Shown here one piece after another: positions 11,583 to 22,309 of a stretch of DNA of 64,000 bases. The stretch lies in the NCBI GenBank assembly GCA_029717555.1, contig JAMDHS010000038.1:1-64000 (forward strand), written 5' to 3'. The notes beneath the pieces are model-generated. The model saw only the letters and a program-made list of their open reading frames with translations, did no database searches and had not been told where the DNA came from. This DNA comes from Peribolospora baueri. Taxonomy: Eukaryota. The number at the start of each line of letters is the position of its first letter. The first letter of the stretch is position 1. The position numbers were made by a program, and so were the translations under genes.

Positions 11583-14500
11583 ATGTACGACACCAACGAT
11601 GCCCAAGTCGCTCTCAACGTACCGCAGATCGTCCAGGTTCGTTCGGGCTTCGGACATTTCTTCTGCCCACCGGAGCCTCGCTCAAGAACATTTTGCTGGA
11701 CTTGAACCCACCACGCACATGGTATTTGCACAGCTGCTGCACCGTCTCTACACCGCTGACCCCACCAACCCGTTGCGGCCCGGCGAAACGCAACACATCG
11801 AGGGCTTGCTGCTCCAGGCCCTTAGGAGTCCTGATGCTTGGGGTTTGATCGAGCCGCTGTTAGGACACGAGGTGGGTAAATATGGGTGTTCGACAGCTTC
11901 TTGAGCTTGTAAAGGCAATAGATAGAGGTATACAGTGTCTTACTGCTGTTATTTTGTTTGCTATGTATTCGCCCCCGTCCTCCAACTGCGACACTTTTGA
12001 ACACGAACAGGAAGCCCACGTTCGTTTCTTCGGGGCTCGAGCGGCTCAGATTAAAATCTCTAGAGACTGGTTCGTTTTCATTTCTTTAGCTTTCATTCTC
12101 CATTACTGCCTCTCGACTACTGAGAATCACACTGAAATGTTCATGTATTCACTTCACAAGGGATACCTTGCCTCCTGGCCAGATCCTCGCCTTCCGCGAT
12201 CGTCTTGTCGAGTGGACATCAGCCTTTTCCGCTCGACAGACCCAAGAAGATCGTGCAGTGCAAAGGAAACTCTGTGCAGCTGTGAGATTTGACACGGGCG
12301 GCGTGGAAAGGAGGACATGTCGGTGGGCGACTCTGATGACGTAGCTTGATTTCTCGGTCTTCCTAACCTCTACTGGTATATACGCCGTGCAGCTCGCCAA
12401 CCTTGCTACGAGACTCCTTTCTCCTCCTCCGACCACCGTACGATGGGAGGAACCATATCCAAAATGGAACGACTGGCTGCTGTCGACGACGCTAACCATG
12501 GTCGGCAAGGGTGCGTCTAGGGAAGCTGTGCTGGAGTGGATGAGGATCGGTGTTGAGGATGTGGGCGGCGCTGAGGTAGTTGGCGATCGGTGAGTGCGAG
12601 CAGCTGGATCCGGTGCATGTGCGTTTTGAGGTCCTTAATGAAGGGTATGTGCCACCACGTTGTTGTTCCAGATCGAACCTCGAACAGTCTTTGCAAGAAT
12701 CTTCTCCACACGTCGTTCGCACCATTGTAGACGCGCTTTCGGCTGTTCCCCTGCCACAAACCCCTCTGGGAATCTCTCAGCAACGCGAGGTGAACGCTGC
12801 CCTAGCGTGCTCGGGTGCATGGGTGCGATGGGGTTTGAAGGGAGAGTGAGTGTGACTGCGGGGACGAGCGAAAGATCTCTGCGACTGACGGGTTCGGTGC
12901 GTTCTTGGTCAACAGAGAGATCCTCCCCATCGTACCGGGCTTGTTTCAGACACTAGCACACCCGTCCACATTTGCAGGAGCAGCCGATACACTTGCAGAG
13001 TTCTTGTCCTCCTCTGCACTGGGGCCGAACCTGAGAAAGGCAAACCTGGACGGCCCTCTGAACGCTTTCTGGCAAAGCACTTTTCTACAAGAAATTTTGC
13101 GAGAAGGTGCCGAAGGTAAGTGGCGGAAACTGTTTCCGAACGTTTTGCGTACGTCGGCGGATTGATCTTTGACCTGGTACGGACCTTCAAGCTGAAGTAG
13201 ACGCCATCATCTGCTGTCGCCATTGCAGATAGCTCCTCTCCAGCTCTTCACTCTCTCTCGAAACTTCTGACTACATACTGCGAAGAAACACTGGACAACA
13301 TCGCGGACTCCTTGCTTTCCCCAGAAACGCATCAGCTCTTCAAACTCCTCCTTCAACTAGCCGCATTTCCTGGCTGTGGGAATGTTGAAGAGAGGGCTTC
13401 CGAGCTCACGCTCAACTTCTGGACGTACTTTCAGGAGAAGTGTTTTGACGAGGGTATTTACTTGCCGGCGCAAGGCGAGGCGTCCCAGGTGCATGCCAGT
13501 GACGGGAACGGGGACGAAAAGCGTTTACAGGCTGCGGTCGTCCGGGACGTGTACAATCGAGTCGTCCACACTTTTCGGAAGAAGATGCAATGGCCCGCGC
13601 CGGAAGAGCTGGCTGACTGGACGAAAGGTACGTTTTGGCATTGAACGTTCGAAATAACAGCGGAACACCACTCTAACCATTCCTTCTTGCGCGCTACTTT
13701 TTATGTCTCCTGGACCCGTTCAGACCAGAACGCAGAATTTCAAAGCTATCGCAAAGACGTGGGCGACAACGCTCTCCTTCCTGCTTATTACCTTTTGCGG
13801 GAGGACTTGTTGGCCGCGCTTGTGGACACGCTGGTGGGGCAACTGTCTTCGCCAAGACAAGTGGGTCAGGGCTGGGAGGTGAGTCGCTTGTCGAGATAGT
13901 TACCTTACGTCTCAACGCTTATTGAATTTGCATTGGCGTCTTTCTTCCTGTAACACAGGACGTTGAGGCGACGATGTGGTGCATGAACTCGGTGTCCGAG
14001 GCCATTCCGGAAGACGAACAGGTCCATCTGCCGCGACTGTTCGGCAAGATTTTGCCTCAGTTCCCCGCTGGGCATGATGGGGAACGTTTGAGGATAACAG
14101 CGTTAGGTTTGATCTGTGAGTTGTGCAAGCTGGGACTTGGTTGGAATGATCGCTGAAGAGCCCGTGTGGCTTCCTTCTTCACCACAAGTCAATACGGCCG
14201 AGTCATCTCAATGGTTCGCCAACGACCCGGACAATTTGCGGCACACGCTCGACTTTGTCATCAGCTCCTTCGCATTCGCCAGCCCAGCCGTCTCCAGCAC
14301 AGCTGCGAACGCCCTCAAGGGCCTAACAGACAAGTGCCGTTCCCACCTCGTCGGGTACGCCGAGGCGTTCGTGGGACTCGAATCGCAGCTGAACGATAAC
14401 GTCGAGCCCGAGGCGCGCGCGAAGGTGCTGCAAAGTGCGGCGCACGTTGTTCAGGCATTGCCGTTGGATCAGGTTGCCGAACTGATTGCAGTGCGTCCCA

Positions 14501-16140
14501 TGATCATCTGATTCCTGCTAGCCGAAGTCTTGAGGTCGTGGACTGACACAAGACGGCGCCCTCGCGTTGTCCTCTCGCATTCCCGTTTGGCAGCGACTCG
14601 TTGACCCAACGATCGCGAAGTTGTTCGCAGTCCTGCAGCCTGCCCATCCGGTGAGAGTATCTCATCTCTTCCACTCCAGCATTGCGACGATCGCTGAGAA
14701 GACCATCAGTCTCGGTTCCTACAGCTGCACCCTGACGAAGCTCGAGGGTTAGTAGTGGCTCAGCTTGACTGTCTTACAGCAATCCTGAGGGGCATGGACG
14801 AGCCGGGCAGCGACTTTGGAGAGATGTCGGAGGAGAGACAGGCTCAAATCGAAGCGACGGTATCGCATCCAACCATCTCGCGTCTGCGAGAGAATCTGTT
14901 CAACGCAATCCGCTTGACCGCGGAGAAGGCGAATGAAGGAGATGTAGCCGAGGTCAGTGAAAAGCGCCATACGTCACCTGTCGGACGGCGCCTTACCTTC
15001 TTTCCAATTTCTCTTCCTTCGTACAGTCTCTGAGCCGCCTAATGAAGGCCTCATCCCTCTGGCCCCGAGAGCTGCTGGCCATAGACCCCTTCCTCCTCCT
15101 TTCCGTCGCCGGTAACGCGTTTGCAGTACACGGCTCGGCGATATGGCTCTCCCTCGTCTCCAGCTTGGTCAATAGATTACCCAAAGGGGACGAGCTTCCT
15201 GTCGAGCGGCGAGACCAGGTCCGGAGCGTCGTCGCTTTGGTCGCTCAGAGCATGTTCGGCACCGTTGGCAACTCTGAGGCCATGGACGAGTACCCAGAAT
15301 TGGTTCAGACTTTCTTCAAGATGATGACGGATGTAAGAGCTGAACATCGCCGCGGCCTTGTCGATGTGACCGGTGACGTGACCCGCTGCCTTCCTTTGGT
15401 TTCGTCCATTGACCGTCCGCTCGCAGCTGTTCTCGAAGGTCGGCCAGGTGTCGGAAGGTCTGCCTCCAGACGAGCTAGAACACATTGTACAGTTCGCCAT
15501 CGTTGGTCTCGGCATGCAAGAGCGCAATGCTTGCCTTGCCGCGATCGGCTTTGTGGTAAGCAAAGATGCTGGCATCGATTTTATGAACTGGCCGTAACTG
15601 TACAGTAACACTGACAGGTCATGGTTTCTATTACCGGCTGACAGTCCGCCAGCTACAAAGTGCCAAGCGTCAGCCCGTCGTCGCCATTTGCGCAGGTGTT
15701 AGGCCCCATCGTCCGTGCGCACGTACCCGATGCCCTCTTCGCTGTCCTGCGCGGCGTGGGTGGACATTCACTGAGCTCGACCGTGAAGCCGCTGGCGCAG
15801 GTGTTGTATCAAGTCAATCTGCGATATCCGGACGAGAGCAGAAGAGCGATCGTGCAGTTGCTCGCGCAGGTGAGTGGAAGGAGAGCTGATCAGGGAGAAG
15901 GAGTGAGCGGCCGGTCAAAAAAAACTGACGTTGGGGTATACGACCCACGTGCACTCTGTCCGCGTTGCCCAGGACGGGTTCCCATCCCCACGAGCGACGC
16001 CAGAAGGCAAGAAGACGTTCCAACAAGGCGTGCTGTCCTCGCGCTCAGTACGCAAGACGGAAAAGCTCACGCAGGAGTTGAGCCTCGTCTGTCGCGGGCT
16101 GGAGAACACCGCGTTTGGGGCCGCCATGGGGTCTTTTTGA
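11583..16140 (+). CDS. Importin-beta family karyopherin (importin-13 / transportin-SR / Mtr10-like), many introns
   Basis: Spliced N-terminus MYDTNDAQVALN|LLHRLY...LRSPDAWGLIEPLL..|EAHVRFFGARAAQIKISRDW; SELTLNFWTYFQE; FQSYRKDVGDNALLPAYYLL; DVEATMWCMNSVSEA; C-terminal LVCRGLENTAFG. Confidence 0.88.
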
Positions 16141-16647
16141 CGTGTGCGCCAGGAAGCAGATAGTTGGCTAGACTGCGCTCTACGGAAAGCTCGCGTAGTT
16201 TACAGTTTCCGTCTCGCGCTCTCGAAGATCGGTTCGCCGTGGGGGCTCATCGCCTGTCCTTCCTAGTTCCCAATCCCATCCCCATTCGCCATGCCCCTCC
16301 CCCCCCTTCCGCTTCGTCTCACCGGATTTCCTTCCCGCCAAGGCCTCGCGCGCGCCCCGCAACGATACCATCCACGCTGGCATCTTTCCTTCGCACCAGT
16401 CAGTAGTCCGCTCCCATCGTTCCTTTGTAACACTAGCGTTGAGTGAAGCGCTAGATAAGTGGTGATCTTCCCAAGGAGTGCGCACGTATCCATCCGCGTC
16501 TCGCGTCGGGAGCGAGCAAAGAAGAGAGAGAAGTGTCGAGTCGAATTAGCAGCGAGATAGATTTGGACATAGGATATAATATATATCGATCGATCGATCT
16601 GGCAATAGCAAATGTCGATATCAACCGCCCATCCCATTCTCTCTTTC

Positions 16648-16765
16648 ATCTGCGGCCATAGGACCATGAAAGCACTGCATCCCGTCCGATCTGCAAAGTT
16701 AAGCATGGTACCGTTGAGTCAGTACTGCGGTGGGGGACCACGCGGGAATCCTCAATGCTGCAGTT
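16648..16765 (+). rRNA. 5S rRNA gene (solitary, 118 nt)
   Basis: ATCTGCGGCCATAGGACCATGAAAGCACTGCATCCCGTCCGATCTGCAAAGTTAAGCATGGTACCGTTGAGTCAGTACTGCGGTGGGGGACCACGCGGGAATCCTCAATGCTGCAGTT. Contains conserved CCCGTCCGATC, AGTTAAGC (box A region) and AGTAC. Helices pair: CTGCGGC/GCTGCAG, ACCATG/CATGGT, GTTGAG/CTCAAT. Confidence 0.96.
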
Positions 16766-16803
16766 TCGTTTTCGTTTTCGTTTTTTGTTTTTGTTTCTTT
16801 TTT
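16764..16803 (+). terminator. RNA polymerase III oligo(T) terminator tract
   Basis: Repeated T4-T6 runs directly 3' of the 5S gene. Confidence 0.8.
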
Positions 16804-17571
16804 CCTTCCTTCGCCTTCCTATTTATTACTTTTACTCCCCTTTTTTTGGGTAGCAAGAGGGAGGAGGAAGGAGCGGGACGACCGGATTTTTCAAAACAGG
16901 CGTGACTAGAGAATGCAACAAGAACGAGATTCCAAAGAGGCTGACCGACGGGCCGTGAGGACGGCGGTGCGAATAGGGCACAGAGACAAGACAGCAAGAG
17001 CGAGGCGGACGGACAGGAGGGAGGAAGGGGAAAGGAGGGAGGCGACTAACTAGCGAGGACCGGCACGGACGGAGGTGGCGTATGTATGACGGGAACGGGC
17101 GACGTTCGCTCAAGGTGGTATGAAGACAAATGGGTTGAAGAATCGGCGAGCCGGAGGCTGGCAGAACTAGCTGAACGGGGGCGGTCTGGAAAGCGAAAGG
17201 AGGGGGGATCGAGAAGCGGGAGGTGTGCAAGGAACGGAGACGACGATCGATGACCGAAGAGATGAGCAAGAGGCGAAGAAGACAGGAGGGAGACGAGGAG
17301 CCTCCTGTGGGGCGAGGCGAGGCGAGGGATGGAGGGATGAGAAAAGGATAAAGGAACGAGATTGCCGGTTCCCAGGTTCCCGGTCCCGGTCGGGAAGAGG
17401 GAGTTTGAAGCAGAAAGAATAGCAAGCGGGGGGATCGAAGGTGAAGATAAAAGAACGAATGAGCGAAAAGCGCCAAAAGTCCGAGGAGAAACGAGCGACC
17501 CAGGGAAGGGAAGAAAATGACAAAAGAAGAGGATAGAAAGAAAAGAAGGAAGGAAGGAAGGAACGGTCGCT

Positions 17572-20500
17572 TCAAGCAGCGTGGATGGTAGAGAATAGGC
17601 CCTTGATGTGGTTCAGCTCGGCGAGGTCCGGGTTGAGCAAGGGCGGCGGTGGATCGCGTCCCGGCTCGCGTCCCGATCTCGTCGCCCCTCCTCCTCCACC
17701 ACCGCCGCCGCCCGGCAGCACCTTGGCCTCGTCCTTGGCGGCAGCGAGCGGCGTATGGCCTTCAGCGCCGGCGTCGTGGCAAGACGTCTCGGAGACGGAG
17801 GAAGCGGAGGAGGAGGAGGAGAGGTTGACAAAGCTGCTCCCGGGCGACGTGGTCGCGCCGGGCGTCCTCCTACCGCCTCCGCCGCCGCCGCCGCCAACGC
17901 CTTCCTCGCTGTCGTGCACGACCATCGACCTCGAGCGCAAGGTGTAGGGCGAGAGCGCGGTGCCATCGCCGCCTGGCGCCGGTCCGGATCCAGGCCCATG
18001 TGCGGGTCCGGGTCTGGACGCCTGCAAACCCTTTTCGCTCCGGCTGCCGGGGACGGACGCATCGGTCGACTCGGCCGCGGCGGAGAGGCGCGAGGGAGCC
18101 CTGCCAGCCGGCTTGGGCGCGTCGGAGGGCTGACCGAGAAAGGAGTACCTCGTGGCGGCGACGGCGACGGCGACGGCTCCGTTACCGTGAGAAGAGGTGG
18201 AAGAGGAGTCGAGCGAGGTGGTAGAGGTGGCGAAAGTGGATGAGGAGGAGGACGAGGCTGCGGTCCACTTTGGCGTCGTCACGCTGGGCGGTTGAGCTTG
18301 GTGAGCTGCGAAATAAGAATCGGTGGCGCCCACGCCGACGGGCGAGCGGGGATAGATAGGACGGGAGGAGGGGAGTGGTGGGGGAGCGTCGTGGAGCTCC
18401 CTCTCGAGCATCCAAGGGCTGCGTGGCTCGCGGAAGGAGAACCTGTCGGTGGTGGGCGACGAGCGGGACGAGCCACTGGGCGAGATGGGCAACGACAACG
18501 GCAACGGTGGATCGAAGGAGACGGAGACCATGCGGCGGAGCGCGGCCGCTTTCGATTCGGGCCTGGCGTGGGGAGAGGAGGGGACGGAAGGAGAGCGAAG
18601 AGAAGACGACGACGACGACGACGAGGGGCCGCCTCGGCCGCGGGACACGCCACCGCCAACGGACTCTTGCCCTCGACCTCCTCCTTCGCTGCCGCCGCCG
18701 GCGGTCGTCGTCGAAGTCTCCTCGGTGACACCAAGGCCCAAGCTGGCAACCACGTCTCTGCTCCAGTCTTCCGCCCTGTTCCTCCCCGAGCCCGACTTTT
18801 TCTTTTTCCTTCCCATCGAACCTGCGCCACCGCCGCTGCTGCCGCTGGTGGGGCGAGAGGACGCGTGCGAGCCAGTTCCTGCCGTGGAGGGTCGTACGGG
18901 GGGACGAGAGGACAAGGAAGAGAAAGAAGTGGGGCTCGTGGCAAACCTGGGGCTCGAGGGCAACGCGGGCAGGGTGGAGCTGGAGACGCTGGCGGGCGAT
19001 GCGGCGGAGCGGGCGAGGGAGGGAAGCGAGGACAGCGGTCGGGGCTGGTTGAGACGGGCGCGAGAGTGCGCGTACGCGGCGGCCGTCGCCGGTTCCGGAG
19101 GGAGGGGCAGGGGGATGGGAGACGACGAGGGCGAAGTGCGGGGAGCGCTGGCAAAGGTGGGAGCGCTGGGGGCAGGCGGCGTGCGACTGAGATCGATGAA
19201 CGAATGGGACGAAGGCGCTACGTCGTCATTGACGGTGTAAGACCGCGAACGCTCCGCGCGGGGCGTTCCCGGCATGGCTACGGGTACGGGTAGGGGGGCC
19301 GCTCGATCTGCGGAGCGACCGTCGGATGGAAGGGGCACGTCGTCGGTTTTGGGGCTGGGCAAGAGCGTGGAAGAGGGGTATGACCTCATGGCCGGCCTGG
19401 TGGGAGGAGAAGGGCGACCATCACCACGGCCAGGACGAAGATGGGAGTGGCTCGTCCTGGGCGTTTCCATCTCAGCGACGCCATAAAAGTCGTATCCCTC
19501 ATAAAGAGACCGTCCGCCGGCGCCCTTGTGACCGGTAGTAGCATGATCGGCCGCCTTGTGCCTCCTCAAAGAGCTGCTGGACGAAGAGCGGGGTAGGAAG
19601 GGGTCGGGCATGCGACGCGTGGGAACGCCTGCTCTGGAAGGCGGCGGAGAAGGGTGGGGTAAGGAACCGGCCTTTGTTGCGGGGCTGCTGCCGCCAGAGC
19701 CATGGCCAACGTCGACGCCGACGATCATCTTGGTCTTGCCGGTGTTGGAACCGCCTTGTTGGCGAGGGTAGTTGGCCGCCTCGACCTCACTGACGCCGTA
19801 GTAATCGAACTCGGAGCCTCGCTTTTCTGCCTCGCCGCCGCCGTCAACGTCTTCAGAGGAGGAGGAAAGGCCGGACCGATTGTGAGGAACGTGGCGTTGA
19901 CCAAGGCCGGGAGCGTGATGGCTCGTAGCTGCGGTGGTGGTGGAGGAGAGGGCAGTGCGGGAGGTAGTAGGGGTGAGGTCGAGAAAGTCCTCGGAGCCGC
20001 TTACGCTCTCCGGAGTGCTCGCCCGACACGTCGAGTCCCTCGTTCTCGATCCCGACCCCGATCCTGATCCAGGACGCCGTCCCGTCCCCGTTCCCGTGGC
20101 GGTAGCGCCGACACGTGGAAAAGAGGTGGTCTCGTGAGGGGCGGACGGCAGCGGGTGTGTGGGGTTAGAGACGGGGGAAGCGAAGAAGGGTCTTCCGGAG
20201 GAGGAGGTGGCGGGGAGCGAGTAAGCATCGGAGAAGCTCGCGGACCGAGTCCTTTCCTTGCCCTCGACGTCGGAAGGAGAAACGGCGCCGAAACTACCGA
20301 TGAGGGTCAAGACTTTTTTCTTCTTCTTCGACTTGGCCTTGGCCGTCGTCGTCGTCGTCGTCGCGGCGGCCGTCCCCCCAAGGTCGTTGTCACCCGCCGT
20401 GCCCGGCTGGTCCTTCTTCCTTCCCTCCTTTTCCGCCTGCTTTGCCTCCTTCTCCTCTTTCTTCTTCCGCCGTTTCCTCTCCTTCTCCTCCGTCTTTAGC

Positions 20501-21507
20501 CTCGCCTTGACAGAGGAGTTGAGCACGGGCGGAGGCAGAAAGTCGCCCGAGAGCTCGTCGCGCACTCTCCGTGCCGTACGTTCCACTGGAGATCCGGGCA
20601 CACCGGGCGCTCTCAGATGGTCACCGGAGAAGTGGGAGACGCTTACGACGCGGCTCAGGGCGCGGCGGGCCCTGCCCAAGCTGCGTCTTCGCCTGGGCTC
20701 CGTTGCGGAGGCTTCGGCGGCGGCGGCGGAGGTAGGAGAAGGTGGTGGAGGGGAAGAGAGGGCGGAGGGGGAAGAGAGGGCGGAGGGAGAAGGAGGTACG
20801 AGACCGTCGGTGGAGGGTCGGGTGTGGGAGTGGAAAGGAAAGGCAGAGAGAGAAGCAGAATCCCTCTGGACGTCGAACGAGGCTGCGCGGCGGCCGGTGG
20901 AGAAGGGAGAGAGGGAGGCGGAAGCGTTGGAGGAGGAGCGGGAGAGGAAAGAGAAGCGAGAGGAAGAAGAAGCTACTGAGGAGGAGGCGTGGCGGGCGAA
21001 AGTGCCGATGGAGGCGGGAGCGGTGGCGAGGGAAGAGACGGAGGGCGTGGATGCGGAGGCGGTGGTGGACGAAGCGGAAGCCGAGTCGGGGACGTCGCAG
21101 AGAGCCTCGATGGCGCAAGAAGACCGCGAGTCCGCTTGGGGGCGACGCTGGACGGGCAGAGCGTCGAGGGCTTGACGTCCGTGGCTGTCGTTGTCATCGT
21201 CGTTATCGCCATCGTTGTCGCGTCGACGGTTCGGATCTGGCCGAAGCGCCGGCTCTCGTCCGTCGCCGTCTGCAGAGCTGGGCCGCATGGCGACCGATGA
21301 TTTCCCACCGGCCACGGCTGGCGCAGGAGCGGACGAGACGTCTTCGTCGCCGTCGTCGTTCTCCGTGAAAGAGGCGTCGCGGTCGATGCGGATGACGGAG
21401 GAGGGAGAGAGAGGCGACTGCGAGGGGAGGGGCGAGCGAGGGCTGTCGGGAGCCGAGGGGTCGTCGCGGCGTCGCTTGCGCCACTTCCAGGGTATCATGT
21501 TGGACAT
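17572..21507 (-). CDS. Hypothetical 1311-aa low-complexity (Ser/Pro/Ala/Gly-rich) protein, intronless, with basic NLS-like clusters
   Basis: Uninterrupted 3.9-kb ATG-initiated ORF; clusters WKWRKRRR, KERKRRKKKEEKE, KSKKKKK; no recognisable domain. Confidence 0.75.
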   Translation of the reverse strand: MSNMIPWKWRKRRRDDPSAPDSPRSPLPSQSPLSPSSVIRIDRDASFTENDDGDEDVSSAPAPAVAGGKSSVAMRPSSADGDGREPALRPDPNRRRDNDGDNDDDNDSHGRQALDALPVQRRPQADSRSSCAIEALCDVPDSASASSTTASASTPSVSSLATAPASIGTFARHASSSVASSSSRFSFLSRSSSNASASLSPFSTGRRAASFDVQRDSASLSAFPFHSHTRPSTDGLVPPSPSALSSPSALSSPPPPSPTSAAAAEASATEPRRRRSLGRARRALSRVVSVSHFSGDHLRAPGVPGSPVERTARRVRDELSGDFLPPPVLNSSVKARLKTEEKERKRRKKKEEKEAKQAEKEGRKKDQPGTAGDNDLGGTAAATTTTTTAKAKSKKKKKVLTLIGSFGAVSPSDVEGKERTRSASFSDAYSLPATSSSGRPFFASPVSNPTHPLPSAPHETTSFPRVGATATGTGTGRRPGSGSGSGSRTRDSTCRASTPESVSGSEDFLDLTPTTSRTALSSTTTAATSHHAPGLGQRHVPHNRSGLSSSSEDVDGGGEAEKRGSEFDYYGVSEVEAANYPRQQGGSNTGKTKMIVGVDVGHGSGGSSPATKAGSLPHPSPPPSRAGVPTRRMPDPFLPRSSSSSSLRRHKAADHATTGHKGAGGRSLYEGYDFYGVAEMETPRTSHSHLRPGRGDGRPSPPTRPAMRSYPSSTLLPSPKTDDVPLPSDGRSADRAAPLPVPVAMPGTPRAERSRSYTVNDDVAPSSHSFIDLSRTPPAPSAPTFASAPRTSPSSSPIPLPLPPEPATAAAYAHSRARLNQPRPLSSLPSLARSAASPASVSSSTLPALPSSPRFATSPTSFSSLSSRPPVRPSTAGTGSHASSRPTSGSSGGGAGSMGRKKKKSGSGRNRAEDWSRDVVASLGLGVTEETSTTTAGGGSEGGGRGQESVGGGVSRGRGGPSSSSSSSSLRSPSVPSSPHARPESKAAALRRMVSVSFDPPLPLSLPISPSGSSRSSPTTDRFSFREPRSPWMLERELHDAPPPLPSSRPIYPRSPVGVGATDSYFAAHQAQPPSVTTPKWTAASSSSSSTFATSTTSLDSSSTSSHGNGAVAVAVAATRYSFLGQPSDAPKPAGRAPSRLSAAAESTDASVPGSRSEKGLQASRPGPAHGPGSGPAPGGDGTALSPYTLRSRSMVVHDSEEGVGGGGGGGGRRTPGATTSPGSSFVNLSSSSSASSVSETSCHDAGAEGHTPLAAAKDEAKVLPGGGGGGGGGATRSGREPGRDPPPPLLNPDLAELNHIKGLFSTIHAA

Positions 21508-22227
21508 GGTTGGGCTTGGGCTTGGGCTTGGGCTGGATCAACGAAAGGAATGGTGAGGCGAGGAAAAGTGGGGGAGGGCTACGATGACGGTGGTCGACGT
21601 GGCAGGAGGCGCATGAAGCGAAGGGGAGGGAGGTGGTGGTGGAGGGCAAAGAGGACCGAGTCGGGTCGAAGTCGACTTTGATCTGATTTTCTTTCTTTCT
21701 TTCCCGCTGGCTGGCCCGCGAGACGAGACGGGGCCACGACACGCCAACACCCGCGTGGCTGGCTGGCGCAACAGAGAGATAGAAAGATGGCTGTACTAGG
21801 TGTGCGTGCGTGGAGGCGAGGTAATGATGATAGATGATGGCGAGGGGGACCGGAGTTGCAGGGGGGCGGGAGGGAGGCGGTGAGGGCGAGGCGATGGTGA
21901 TGGTGATGGCGATGGTAAGAGTGACGGCGATGAGAAGGCTGAGCCGAGGACGATGTGACGAGGGAGGAAAGGAGGGAGCAAGAGCGAGAGGAGGCTACTC
22001 TAGCCGGCACCCGTCCAAGCGTCCGTCTCCGTCTGACCGGGGGCGAGGCGAGCAGGGAGGCGATGAGAAGGGCGGGGCGCTGGCCGCTCGTCGTGGTCGT
22101 GGTCGTCGTGGAGGAGTAGGATGACGAGGAGGAGAAGAGGGAGCGTCTCCGGGTGAGCTCGCCGGGCAAGGTGAGTGAGACGAGACAAGACGAGCGAGGA
22201 ACGAACGTCGAGGGAAGTCAGACGGCG

Positions 22228-22309
22228 GTAGTAGTAGTAGTAGTAATAGTAGTAATAGTAGTAGAAGTCGAAGTAGTGGTAGTAGTAGCAGTAATAGGAG
22301 TAGTAGTAC
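22228..22309. repeat. Imperfect (GTA)n microsatellite
   Basis: GTAGTAGTAGTAGTAATAGTAGTAATAGTAGTAG... seen directly. Confidence 0.85.
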
